This document shows positions 9,134-18,970 of a stretch of 64,000 nucleotides of DNA, piece after piece. The notes under the pieces are model-generated. The model saw only the letters and a list, made by a program, of their open reading frames with translations. It made no database searches and was not told the origin of the DNA. How positions within the stretch are numbered: position 1 is the first letter of the stretch; each line of letters begins with the position of its first letter. Source of the DNA: an uncultured virus (IMG/VR IMGVR_UViG_3300010885_030646) (lineage: Duplodnaviria; Heunggongvirae; Uroviricota; Caudoviricetes); IMG/VR virus record IMGVR_UViG_3300010885_030646, positions 1 through 64,000 of that record; one strand, written 5' to 3'. The position numbers were made by a program, and so were the translations under genes.

Positions 9134-9911
9134 ACTCAAAACTTCCGCGGCGGTTATCGTCATTGATGCATGGCCAGATCTGGTTGGCCACTGGCCTTAT
9201 TCAATGTTAAAAAACCTAACAGAGTTTATTCAACAAGATTTTGTGAAGTGTATAGTAGTCGCATCTTACTCAGAATACACAGTTCACGGAACAACAGCAA
9301 CGCCGATAGAGTCGCCAATTTGGCACAACAGTCGACAGGTTTTCAATCCCGATCTCAATCCTGCTGTTCCGGCCTACACAGGTTCAGCCTGGTTGGCACA
9401 ATAACATGCACAGATAATTTCTAACAACCATCATGGCCCTGTTGTAAATCAATTTATACTTCATGATACACCGGTCACTAATCCGGCTGTGTTAACTATG
9501 TCTCTTAGACAGGATCAGAAAATGTTTGCGGCCTGGACTCTGGACCAGGTGGTATATTTGCTCAATTCACAGTATCCCGACGTTGAAAATATATATCTGT
9601 GTGGTGGATCATTTGAACAGTGTCTATCCAATCGACCGGTGGGGGTGAAATCACTGATGGTTGCAATGAATTTAAATCAGTTTAACAATGTTCAACGTTT
9701 ATTAATTCCACCTAAATGTGTTTACACCGACAGTGGCAAATTATTAAATGATGAATTAGAACTGATCGATCCAAACTGGTATTATAATCAAGTACAAGAC
9801 TTGATTCATGTACAACTCCGACCGTTGCGTGAACAAACTACTAGTAAAGATGTTCTGGCAGCATTAGATCTTGAACAGATGGCAACCAACAAGCGGCATG
9901 GCTTAGACTAG
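9123..9911 (+). pseudogene. Isochorismatase/cysteine-hydrolase-like gene interrupted by one in-frame TAA
   Basis: ORFs 9123..9404 and 9489..9911 are in the same frame, and the 28 codons between them contain no stop. Motifs VIVIDAW (N-terminal) and IYLCGGSFEQCL..RPVG. Confidence 0.6.
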
Positions 9912-9933
9912 AAACTAAAAAAGACGTGGGCTA

Positions 9934-11199
9934 TTATAGGTGTGTCAGCCACGGAAACAACAGTTTCCAATCGGTGCCACGACGGCGATCTATTTCAGTT
10001 AGATAAACTTTCAAATCAGCAACACGTTCTGCGTTGCGCGGTCCTGCCACAATCTGTTTCATAATGCCACGCATGTGTTCTTTAGCACTGACTTCGCTGG
10101 GATTGCGTTCTCGCATTGCGGCCAACAGACGCTCGAAGTCCTGTTCAAACACACCTGGTCCAAATATGTCTGGAACCATTTCAGGCGGTGTCATTACACT
10201 CATGAAACTGTAGCTAATAGGATTCCACGGGTTTCGACGATCGTTCCATTCGTTTATCTTTTCTACTAGCTCAGGTGCTGTTTTAATTGTCAATGCCGAC
10301 ACTGCACTGTTCACGCACATCACAACCCAGTCTTTATCCAGTAGATATTCCCAGTTTTCTGTCCACTCAGCCAAGTCTAGTCCCCACCGCACATACTCTT
10401 CTTGTGGTCCCCAGGCATCTATACTACCTGTGATTTGCAATCGTTTTAGTGCGCCAGACTCAACCATCTTGCCAAATCGATCAATGTAGGCTCGGAACTT
10501 TTTAGGAGGTACCTTTAGGTTGGTAATAATGTTGAATGTGAGTTCGGGATTGGGGTGACTCTCCCAGAAGTCCATGCTGATGTCAAATTCATCCTGGAAG
10601 AAAGGCTCGCCGCCTAGTATTTGATAGTAGCGTATGTGTTTGTAACGATCTTTCTCTTCAAGATAACGCCAAAAGTCTGCTAACATGCGCTCATAGTTGG
10701 GATTAGATTGTGTGTTATGCCCAAAGTTTACATTGCCTTGTGTAAACACACCAAATCGTCGGTTCTCTTCTTCCCATTTTGTACTAAAGTGACTGCCGCA
10801 ATACAAGCAGGCCATGTTGCATACATTGTTGAAATATACTTCTAATATGGTAGGTACAACTTCTAATGTAGCTGGATCTTCAAACAACTCGTGTGGAGTG
10901 CGATCTAGGTCATGACGAGCATGCAATTGATATTGTCTATCGCTCATGCCGCCGGCTGTTTCAATTTTCTCACAGTATTGACAACCACCCTGTGGCCATT
11001 CGCCACGCAACATCATTTGCCTGGCTTCTATTTTGTTTGGCAGGTTATGAAAACTTTCAAAATTATCCGGAGGTATGGGTTGTTGGTCTGTGCGATGGCA
11101 ACTGGCACTTGTGCCTTGATTTAAGTACACAGTACTCCATGCCCACTTGAGCAAGCATCCTGTGTCTGTTTTGATTGGAAATACTTGTTTATCAGTCAT
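9934..11199 (-). CDS. Radical SAM protein with N-terminal Twitch-like domain (subgroup A)
   Basis: CLLKW...ASCH...CQYC, CNMACLYC, LGGEPF, ITNL, SIDAWG..EEYVRWG. Confidence 0.92.
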   Translation of the reverse strand: MTDKQVFPIKTDTGCLLKWAWSTVYLNQGTSASCHRTDQQPIPPDNFESFHNLPNKIEARQMMLRGEWPQGGCQYCEKIETAGGMSDRQYQLHARHDLDRTPHELFEDPATLEVVPTILEVYFNNVCNMACLYCGSHFSTKWEEENRRFGVFTQGNVNFGHNTQSNPNYERMLADFWRYLEEKDRYKHIRYYQILGGEPFFQDEFDISMDFWESHPNPELTFNIITNLKVPPKKFRAYIDRFGKMVESGALKRLQITGSIDAWGPQEEYVRWGLDLAEWTENWEYLLDKDWVVMCVNSAVSALTIKTAPELVEKINEWNDRRNPWNPISYSFMSVMTPPEMVPDIFGPGVFEQDFERLLAAMRERNPSEVSAKEHMRGIMKQIVAGPRNAERVADLKVYLTEIDRRRGTDWKLLFPWLTHL

Positions 11200-12707
11200 G
11201 AGCAGACTTTTACTCCGTATAATTGTTCAAATCTATCTGCGTCTGCACGATCATTTACCATGGGTTCACCACGTATGTTAAGACTTGTGTTAAGCAACAT
11301 GGGACAACCTGTGTTCTTGTACCATTCTTCTAGCAGTTGTCTTATTCCGGAGCCATCCTTGGGAACAGTCTGTACCCTACTAGTGCCATCCCTATGAACG
11401 ATAGCAGGAAATATGTGAGGATGCCTACAGCGAGCGATGACTTGCATATACCTACTGTTATGGAAGCCATGAGGCATATCAAAATACATATCAACATGTT
11501 CCTCCAAAATGATTGGCGCAAATGGTCTGAATTGCTGTCGTCTTTTAATATCATTTACACGGTCCTTTATATCTGCACCACGCGGGTCTGCCAATAAACT
11601 ACGATTGCCTAGAGCTCTAGGGCCAAACTCTGCACGACCACTAGCAACACCCACAATTTTATCACGTAGCAAACAAGCCACAACGTCGTTGACAGGATAA
11701 GCACCAGGAATATCACTACCCAGATAGGCGTTGGTCCAATGTATCTGTTTTCCGTATGCCAGTGCTGCTGCCCCCAGGCTACTGCCAGCATCACCAGGAC
11801 AAGGCATAATCCAAATGTTATCAAAGTATTCTCCTAGGTTGCGGTTAGCACTACAGTTGAGAGCAACACCGCCCATGTAGACCAAGTTGTTACTCCAGCC
11901 AAAGTCCCTGGCTCTACGCATTACTGAGTTGATCAGCTGTTCTGCTATGGCCTGTGCGCCAGCGGCAATATCAAACTCCGTTAAGCCTTCTAAGTACTGG
12001 TTGTCTATGCCGGTGTGCAGATTTTCACGAAAGCGTATGGTGTCTACATCTTCTACCAATGCTTGCATTTTAACAGCGTGACCAGCATTGCCATATGCAG
12101 CCATGCCCATCAAGATATATTCTTCATCTAATGGACGTAGGCCAACGCTGCCAGTAACTGCAGAGTAGAACAGTCCAATTGAATGTGGATAATGTTGTGT
12201 CCAAAGTTTTTTATACTTTGCCATGCCTTTTGAATCATATTCTGCTCCCCAGATAGTTACGGTGTCTAATTCGCCAATTGCATCAATTACAACCACTGTG
12301 GCCCTGTTATAGGGGCTGGATTGGAATCCAGCGGCGGCGTGACTATGATGATGGGACATATATTTTCTAGGACATTGTAGTAGTCGCTGCCGATGAACAG
12401 TATCAGATAAGTGTTTACGCAGATACTGATCCAAAGTAAAATTCCCAAAATTAAAGGCTTCCTCATATTGTCCCGAATATAGTTGTTGTAGTTTTTTGAC
12501 CCACGGACGTTCATAGTATGCAATCACATCCGGAGTTGCGTATGACATTGCTTCTGCAATGATTGAATCATTTAGATGTGCGTCGTTTTTGTTTTTGCTG
12601 TAGCGTTCTGCATGGCCAGCAAAAAGGACGCTGCCGTCAGACTGAATTACACTGACGGCAGCATCGTGAAATCCAGCACTGATACCAAAATATGTTTTCA
12701 ACTTCAT
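11196..12707 (-). CDS. Carbamoyltransferase (NodU/CmcH/TobZ family)
   Basis: GFHDAAVS, HHHSHAAAG, VIDAIGE, GGVALNCSAN, PGDAGSSLGAA, GRAEFGPRALGNRSLLADP, RPFAP, RVQTV, LNTSLNIRGEP. Confidence 0.96.
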   Translation of the reverse strand: MKLKTYFGISAGFHDAAVSVIQSDGSVLFAGHAERYSKNKNDAHLNDSIIAEAMSYATPDVIAYYERPWVKKLQQLYSGQYEEAFNFGNFTLDQYLRKHLSDTVHRQRLLQCPRKYMSHHHSHAAAGFQSSPYNRATVVVIDAIGELDTVTIWGAEYDSKGMAKYKKLWTQHYPHSIGLFYSAVTGSVGLRPLDEEYILMGMAAYGNAGHAVKMQALVEDVDTIRFRENLHTGIDNQYLEGLTEFDIAAGAQAIAEQLINSVMRRARDFGWSNNLVYMGGVALNCSANRNLGEYFDNIWIMPCPGDAGSSLGAAALAYGKQIHWTNAYLGSDIPGAYPVNDVVACLLRDKIVGVASGRAEFGPRALGNRSLLADPRGADIKDRVNDIKRRQQFRPFAPIILEEHVDMYFDMPHGFHNSRYMQVIARCRHPHIFPAIVHRDGTSRVQTVPKDGSGIRQLLEEWYKNTGCPMLLNTSLNIRGEPMVNDRADADRFEQLYGVKVCS

Positions 12708-12805
12708 TTGTAGATAAAAGGATCTCGCTTGCGTAGTTCTTTTAGTTTTTTACGATAGCGTATTTCTAAACAAATACGATTGTATAAATTTTTAATCCAG
12801 TTCAT
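12704..12805 (-). CDS. 33-aa basic peptide MNWIKNLYNRICLEIRYRKKLKELRKRDPFIYK (not in ORF track)
   Basis: Translated by hand. AAGGA SD 6 nt upstream of ATG 12805. Its TGA overlaps the carbamoyltransferase ATG (ATGA), and it fills the intergenic gap exactly. Confidence 0.8.
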   Translation of the reverse strand: MNWIKNLYNRICLEIRYRKKLKELRKRDPFIYK

Positions 12806-12806
12806 A

Positions 12807-13856
12807 TCATGTCCTTTGTATTATTTTAATTTGTTGGTCTGCATAATCTGCATCTGTCCAGTTATAACTGTATGTAGCTGTTGCATTGCTGGTGCGTATT
12901 TTATACACATCAAGATGCGTTCCCAACATGTTCCATATATCTACATAGTTATCTGTTCCAAAACTACGGATCAAATCTACCTGAGCCACCTGCGGATGTC
13001 CAATGGTCAATGTTTTATCGTCTGGATCAAATCCATTGTTTATTAACCATGTTCTAAAGTCTGCCAAATGCTTCTTTTGCCAGTCATGTGGGCCAGGATT
13101 GTTTGCCCACTCTATATCAAAATCACCAGCAGCTTCAAGTTGACTACGCATGGTTGTGGTTGTTAAAGTATCAATGATCATATTGGGATTATAGTTGGCC
13201 TCGTCCACAAATACTTCCCAATGGTGTTTGCCCACAGCCTTATTTACGCCTACAAAAACTCCACCCAGTGGCCTATTGATTGTTTCAATTCCAAACAGTT
13301 CATAATCTTGTTTATCTAATAGAAATCGTGGTGCGTGTAACCAACACATGAGTTGACTAGGTCGTTGCCATGCAGGTGCATAAAGTGCTTTGCGCATACT
13401 GAGAACAAGACTTTCGTATTCATGACATAACAAATTTAATTGTCTTATATGCCATCGTGTAGTAGAATCTGCTTTGGTATAAAAAGGACTCATTGCACCC
13501 GATACACCTTGTAAATCTTCAAAGTAACGATGTAGATAGTTTAACTTATCATGTATTAACGTTGTATCAGGCGTAATAGTATTAGCAGTTGAGAAATAAT
13601 CGTCAATTTGATATCCGATGTTGGCAGCATTAATGGCAGCAATACTACTGTTCATTTGTTCAGTCAAGTATTCTGCGTTGCGCTGACTTTGTGTAAATCC
13701 AAAAAAACAGTAATTCTTTTCCAAATGATAATTGTCACGGATCAGGGTATTTAATGCGGCAAGCCATTTGTGACTCAGGCTGTTGTCCGCCACATCTATA
13801 TGCACAGTGAGCAGACTATCTTTTCCGCGCAGGTCTATTTCAATTTGATCTATCAT
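12807..13856 (-). CDS. Hypothetical protein with His/Glu helical motifs (possible metalloprotein)
   Basis: LNYLHRYFEDL, LNLLCHEYE and GKHHWEVF. Start placed at ATG 13856 (MIDQIEID) rather than 13874. Confidence 0.7.
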   Translation of the reverse strand: MIDQIEIDLRGKDSLLTVHIDVADNSLSHKWLAALNTLIRDNYHLEKNYCFFGFTQSQRNAEYLTEQMNSSIAAINAANIGYQIDDYFSTANTITPDTTLIHDKLNYLHRYFEDLQGVSGAMSPFYTKADSTTRWHIRQLNLLCHEYESLVLSMRKALYAPAWQRPSQLMCWLHAPRFLLDKQDYELFGIETINRPLGGVFVGVNKAVGKHHWEVFVDEANYNPNMIIDTLTTTTMRSQLEAAGDFDIEWANNPGPHDWQKKHLADFRTWLINNGFDPDDKTLTIGHPQVAQVDLIRSFGTDNYVDIWNMLGTHLDVYKIRTSNATATYSYNWTDADYADQQIKIIQRT

Positions 13857-13875
13857 TGTATATTCATCCACCATT

Positions 13876-15150
13876 TTAATACATAGGCCGGCTGCTCAGT
13901 ATGTCTGTCATTGTGACTTGTTGTGTACGTATCTGTTCTAATTTTAACACACGTGCCTTGCCTTTTGCAATACCTGCGGCATACTGATCCGGCCATTGTT
14001 CAGCAAACGTAGGGCGTGTGCGTAGTTGAATTAACATGTCTCGCATCACTTGTGTGCGACATTGCGGTAACATTTCGTCAATCCAATCATGTAGCAATTC
14101 ACGCGGCAATGCTAACGGACTCATAACAATGTCAGGACCGAAACTGAATATCACTTTGGCCAACAGTTCTACTCCATACGTTTGCGCTAACGTTTCCATT
14201 GCACCAATCTCAAACATGCCTGGAAGAGTCAGCGTAAAGTCCAACCGCATCTGTCTACGATTTTTTTGGTACTTTAACCCTTCTTCAAAGTTTTGACAGA
14301 ACTGTGAATAATCAAGTCCTGTTCTGATGTATTCTCCGATGTGTCCGGTTCCGTCAAGGCTGGCACAAATCTGCCAGTCACGTATGTTGGTCAAAATGTC
14401 ACGATATAAATTAACGCCACGATACTCAATGCGACTAAGATTGGTGTTATATCTAGCATATAGCTTAGGTCCATCTCCAAGTTCTACAATTCTTTTCATA
14501 TACCGCCAATGTTGTTCATACATTAAAGGTTCTCCGCCCACCCAATAAATCTCTTCTACACGGTGTTGTTCTACTGCTTCGGCAAATTCTGACTCAATTT
14601 GCTCATCTTGAAACTTGGTTATTTCTTGACGTATTTCTGTGCGCATCCAATTGTTCTTAGGATTGTGCCAGTTGGTCATGTCATGTGTCTTTTGCTCTGT
14701 TTCCCATGCACTACTTAACATGTCTCCGCAGGTTCTACATTTAAAGTTACACAGGTTTGAGAAACGGTAATCCCAACTAACTGGTTTCATCGTGGTATAC
14801 CCTGTGCTGTCTGTAGTAGTAACTGCATCGTCATATTTGTGTTTGAATAAATGCCAAAAATAACTGCGGTAAACATCAGTGTTTAACAGTTTACTATTAC
14901 ACACGTCGCATTCTGGTAATGTTTCGCCTGCCATCATTCTACGTCGAACTGATCGCATGTGATCACTGTTCCAGTGTTGCTCTAGTGTAACAGGCGTGTA
15001 CCGGCCAGAGCCTGCAGATGTGTCAATATACTGCTCAAAACTCTGTGCAGGTTCTCTGGAAGCGCAACACATACGCCGTTCTGTTTGTGGACTTAGATAC
15101 GTGTGTGTCCATGGCGCCATGCACAATGTATCAGGCTTTGTTGTAGTCAT
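13876..15150 (-). CDS. Radical SAM protein with N-terminal Twitch-like domain (subgroup B); C-terminus possibly frameshifted
   Basis: CMAPW...RMCC...CDVC, CNFKCRTC, VGGEPL, YNTNL, SLDGTG..GEYIRTG. Confidence 0.92.
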   Translation of the reverse strand: MTTTKPDTLCMAPWTHTYLSPQTERRMCCASREPAQSFEQYIDTSAGSGRYTPVTLEQHWNSDHMRSVRRRMMAGETLPECDVCNSKLLNTDVYRSYFWHLFKHKYDDAVTTTDSTGYTTMKPVSWDYRFSNLCNFKCRTCGDMLSSAWETEQKTHDMTNWHNPKNNWMRTEIRQEITKFQDEQIESEFAEAVEQHRVEEIYWVGGEPLMYEQHWRYMKRIVELGDGPKLYARYNTNLSRIEYRGVNLYRDILTNIRDWQICASLDGTGHIGEYIRTGLDYSQFCQNFEEGLKYQKNRRQMRLDFTLTLPGMFEIGAMETLAQTYGVELLAKVIFSFGPDIVMSPLALPRELLHDWIDEMLPQCRTQVMRDMLIQLRTRPTFAEQWPDQYAAGIAKGKARVLKLEQIRTQQVTMTDILSSRPMY

Positions 15151-16351
15151 AATTGATCAATGCCGCAAACTCTGGTGCCACATCTGCTAAGTTTTGTTTT
15201 CGTTTGTAATCAAAGTCGCGCAGGTTCATTCGCAACAGATTTCCATCTAGGCTATTGCCACGATTCATAAACTCAGCCGCACTCACAAATTCTTTAAGTA
15301 TCTTAGGCGGAACGCTTGCAGAGGTCAGTTGTTTAGTAATTTCTGCTTTGGCCGATTCTGGCAGTGTGCTGATACTAAAGTAATAGGCATCGTGCATCAT
15401 GTTCCAGTAAATAAAATCAAATCCCTGTTGTACAAGCCAATTGGCCACTGTTTCGAGATAGTACACATTGAATACATTAATGGTGCAACAGGCCTGCAGA
15501 GTAATGTTGCTGTTGCGGCTGCGTAGTTGACGGAAACGTTCAACATTCTCCACAACTTCTGTCCACACAGCATTAGTGCGTTGATATTCAAAACGTTCAG
15601 CAACATCGTCGATGCTGACAGCAATCTCTACATGTTTGAAATGTTTCCAGATTGCCTCACCTTCATCTGGATATTGTGTGCCATTGGTATTGTAATGTAT
15701 TTCGACTTGTGCGGCACGTCCAGTATCTACTAACTTTTGTAGCAGTTGGAAATGTTCTTTGATCATAAAAGGCTCGCCGCCAGTAAATTCAATGTAGCGT
15801 ATGTTGTCCAGGTGCTGGTCTAGGTCTGTCCAGAACTCTGCGCTTTCTCTAGGCCAGGCACCGTCCTTCAGCATTTGATAAGCAAAGTTGCCACGAGTGT
15901 CTTCTGCACGATTATATTTAATTTCTTCCGCGGCGAACTGGCTACTGCTCCACGAACCACAAATGCGACATTTTAAGTTGCAGATGTTGCCCAGTTTAAG
16001 ATCAAGGAACATCAATGGCATAGCATCCGTGGTCCAGGAAACATCTGTGTCAATCATGTGCTTGAGTCTGTCTAGTGTATGCATACGTTTACTTGTGCGA
16101 CCTGCACGTTCTTCGTTCCAGCAACGCCGGCAGTTTTGCGGCTTTTTGCCAGCAAGAAAGTCTTCACGCAGAGTTTTCATTGCTTGACTATTTTGTATTT
16201 CAACTAATCCAGTAGAGGCCAGTTTATATTTGTCACCAGCATCGTTGGTAATTTCATCCATGGCCAAACAGCATGGTCGCACAGTGCCAACAGGACTAGC
16301 CTCTAGACTGATCCAGGGTAACACGCAAAAAGTGTCATGTGGTATGTTCAT
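15131..16351 (-). CDS. Radical SAM protein with N-terminal Twitch-like domain (subgroup B)
   Basis: CVLPW...VRPCC...CRRC, CNLKCRIC, TGGEPF, YNTNGT, SIDD..ERFEYQR. Confidence 0.93.
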   Translation of the reverse strand: MNIPHDTFCVLPWISLEASPVGTVRPCCLAMDEITNDAGDKYKLASTGLVEIQNSQAMKTLREDFLAGKKPQNCRRCWNEERAGRTSKRMHTLDRLKHMIDTDVSWTTDAMPLMFLDLKLGNICNLKCRICGSWSSSQFAAEEIKYNRAEDTRGNFAYQMLKDGAWPRESAEFWTDLDQHLDNIRYIEFTGGEPFMIKEHFQLLQKLVDTGRAAQVEIHYNTNGTQYPDEGEAIWKHFKHVEIAVSIDDVAERFEYQRTNAVWTEVVENVERFRQLRSRNSNITLQACCTINVFNVYYLETVANWLVQQGFDFIYWNMMHDAYYFSISTLPESAKAEITKQLTSASVPPKILKEFVSAAEFMNRGNSLDGNLLRMNLRDFDYKRKQNLADVAPEFAALINYDYNKA

Positions 16352-17631
16352 TTAATTGCTCTTAGTTCAGGTAATACATCAAGCACATGTTCTCGTCTAA
16401 TGCTGTCAAGCTCGTGCGTCTTGCGCCAAAAAGTGTCTAGTAGATGTGTGTTGTCAGTGCTGTTCATAAATGTAATAGCACTTTCAAATCCCACAGTGGC
16501 ACGATTTAATTGATCCAATGGGCGCAACCATTCTAAGTGTTGCTCATACTTAGATTGTATTTGTTGTTTGTACTCTGCAGGTGCGATGTCGATACGCAAG
16601 TATGCAGGGTCTTGAAGTATGTTCACGTTGAGATCCTGAGGTTTTAATAAACCTTTTTCTACCCAGTCTCTGTGGAAGTCAGGAAGATGCAGTGCATTCA
16701 TTATACTCAATGTAGGACTGATATAAAAGTCTACCCTAGGGCATATTTCCATCATCTGTCTACGATTAGATTCTACCACAGCCCAGTCTGTGCCTTTACG
16801 TATATACTCACCTCGTGGACCCGACGCATCAAGGCTTGCACCAACTGCCACGCTGTCAAATTTGCGCCAGTAATCAAACACTGTGCGGTCTTTAAGACGT
16901 GTCTGTGTAAAGTTAGTATTGTATATTAGTCTAACATCAAAGCGACCACGACGTTCTAGTTCTTCTAGAATCCGGTAGTGCTCTTCCATCATCAAGGGTT
17001 CGCCGCCGGCAAAGTAAATCTGCTCCACGTGATCAATATGCTCAATCAGCTGTTCCCACAGATCAGTGGCAAAACGACCAGCATAGTTAAGAGGTTTGTT
17101 TTGACTGGCCCAAGCGGATCCTGCTAATTCTGTTTGATCTTTGTACCAACTTGAACTAAAGATATGCCCACAACTACGGCAACTTAAATTGCAAAGATTA
17201 CTAAACCGCAGATCCCAATAGGTCATTTCAAATTGATCAACATGCCCAGCAGCATCTGTATTGTCTACACGGGCAACATGGTGCCCGTGGTGCTTGTTGG
17301 CACTTTTACGTCCACTGAAAAATCCTGATTCTTCCTGTTCGTAGCAACGGCCACAGGTAGGATTAGGTGTTTCGGCCAGCATGTCAACTCTGAGTTGTTT
17401 TTGTTCGGCACTGTTCCATATTTCTGCCAGTGTGTTTGATCTGCAGTTGCCAATTTGGCCCACACCCATTTCGGCATGACAGCAAGGATATGCTTCGCCT
17501 GTGGGATATGCGTGTAAGTGTATCCAAGGGTAGATGCAAAATGTTTTGGAATCTTTTAATAAAAATTCTTCACGTTCTGAAAGTTCTGTTGGACGTACTA
17601 AATCTGTTGAATTATATTTGTATTGAGTCAT
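16348..17631 (-). CDS. Radical SAM protein with N-terminal Twitch-like domain (subgroup B)
   Basis: CIYPW...AYPCC...CGRC, CNLSCRSC, AGGEPL, YNTNF, SLDASG..GEYIRKG. Confidence 0.93.
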   Translation of the reverse strand: MTQYKYNSTDLVRPTELSEREEFLLKDSKTFCIYPWIHLHAYPTGEAYPCCHAEMGVGQIGNCRSNTLAEIWNSAEQKQLRVDMLAETPNPTCGRCYEQEESGFFSGRKSANKHHGHHVARVDNTDAAGHVDQFEMTYWDLRFSNLCNLSCRSCGHIFSSSWYKDQTELAGSAWASQNKPLNYAGRFATDLWEQLIEHIDHVEQIYFAGGEPLMMEEHYRILEELERRGRFDVRLIYNTNFTQTRLKDRTVFDYWRKFDSVAVGASLDASGPRGEYIRKGTDWAVVESNRRQMMEICPRVDFYISPTLSIMNALHLPDFHRDWVEKGLLKPQDLNVNILQDPAYLRIDIAPAEYKQQIQSKYEQHLEWLRPLDQLNRATVGFESAITFMNSTDNTHLLDTFWRKTHELDSIRREHVLDVLPELRAIK

Positions 17632-18970
17632 ACCATGTTGATAATGTTACGTCTAACGAATAACTGTCTTTAAATGTATCTTTAAAACTTTTTCCGCGAC
17701 GTTGATCGTACTGTGTGTAAAACTGCTTAAAATCATTGTGTAACTTAGGCATATCAAATGCGTCTGAATGCGGAGTTTTTACTACATCTAAATAATCAAT
17801 TAATCTCTGTAGGTGATTAATCTCGTGTTCGTGCAGTATGTCAGGAACCGCTTTCCATCGCTGTAGGAAATTAGATAAGTCAAGCATGTGACGTGTAAGC
17901 AATGCCCGGGGCAATACCAGTGGACTTTGAAAACTGGGAAATCTCAATATATTTAATGTAAAGTTAACACGTTCACGACCATACTTTGATTTAAGTTGTA
18001 CTACGTAATGCAGAAGCATTGGCAACGTTGTCAAGCACAATGCATTAATGGTGGCCATTATGTGTACTGCACCCACATGACTGTCTAGTAATTTAACTAC
18101 ATTTTTTTCCCAAGCAGGATAATCTAGTCCATCTCGAATATATTCAGCGGCAGCGCCAACAGCTTCCATGGATGTGTAAATTTCCACATCCAATCCTTGA
18201 GTGCTTTCAATTAATCTATCCACGTCAACATCTGCACCAAGATTAGAATTAATTGCTAACCGGGTGGTCGATCTACCGGGATTGTTTTTAAACCAGTCAA
18301 TCAATTTCCATGTCTCGGCACTCATTAGCGGTTCGCCGCCGGTGATTCTCAGTTCTTGGAGTGTTTGGTGAAGGTCAGTTTCCCACCATTTAAAAAACGC
18401 TTCAACATAGGGATTAGTTTCACCAAGCCGGTATAGTTGACTGCTAGCGTGAGCATGAGTAAAGTGGTTACGCCCATCAGACACCAGGCCGACATAAGGT
18501 CCGCTTCGCTTGATATCATTGACCCATGTGCTACTGAAAGCAGGGTTACAATAGCTACAAGCAAATTGGCAAGTGCGATCGAACGCAATTTCAAGTGTGC
18601 GAAGATTGACATCTTCGGTGTGTGGGGTGTTATATGCTTCATCTAAGGCCTTTATAGGATAAATTTTACTTTTGTACACACGGTCTGATACGGAATCTTT
18701 GCCCATGTCTTCGATCTTCCAACAGTATTCACAACCTGAGGGACGTTTCCCTTCCAACATCAGTCGTCGATCATCTTTTTTCTTTGCAGTGTTATGCAAT
18801 GCAGATGGATTAATTTTTAATTGTTCAACATCGATTGCGTGTGCTGGAGGGTGATGACAGCTGGTGGTCTGGCCCGAACCTAGCCATATGGTGGCATTGT
18901 ACCATTTGGCCGCACAAAAACTTGCACTCTTGGTGTCTAAAATTTCATGTTTAAAGTCTAAATCGTTCAT
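17612..18970 (-). CDS. Radical SAM protein with N-terminal Twitch-like domain (subgroup A)
   Basis: CAAKW...TSCHHP...CEYCW, CQFACSYC, TGGEPL. Start placed at ATG 18970 (MNDLDFK) to minimise overlap with the upstream gene. Confidence 0.9.
   Translation of the reverse strand: MNDLDFKHEILDTKSASFCAAKWYNATIWLGSGQTTSCHHPPAHAIDVEQLKINPSALHNTAKKKDDRRLMLEGKRPSGCEYCWKIEDMGKDSVSDRVYKSKIYPIKALDEAYNTPHTEDVNLRTLEIAFDRTCQFACSYCNPAFSSTWVNDIKRSGPYVGLVSDGRNHFTHAHASSQLYRLGETNPYVEAFFKWWETDLHQTLQELRITGGEPLMSAETWKLIDWFKNNPGRSTTRLAINSNLGADVDVDRLIESTQGLDVEIYTSMEAVGAAAEYIRDGLDYPAWEKNVVKLLDSHVGAVHIMATINALCLTTLPMLLHYVVQLKSKYGRERVNFTLNILRFPSFQSPLVLPRALLTRHMLDLSNFLQRWKAVPDILHEHEINHLQRLIDYLDVVKTPHSDAFDMPKLHNDFKQFYTQYDQRRGKSFKDTFKDSYSLDVTLSTWYDSIQI

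Noticed and set aside
7083..12805. Saxitoxin gene cluster (amidinotransferase, carbamoyltransferase, PFIY peptide)
   Set aside because: There is no SxtA-like PKS or other core sxt gene; only the enzyme families are shared.
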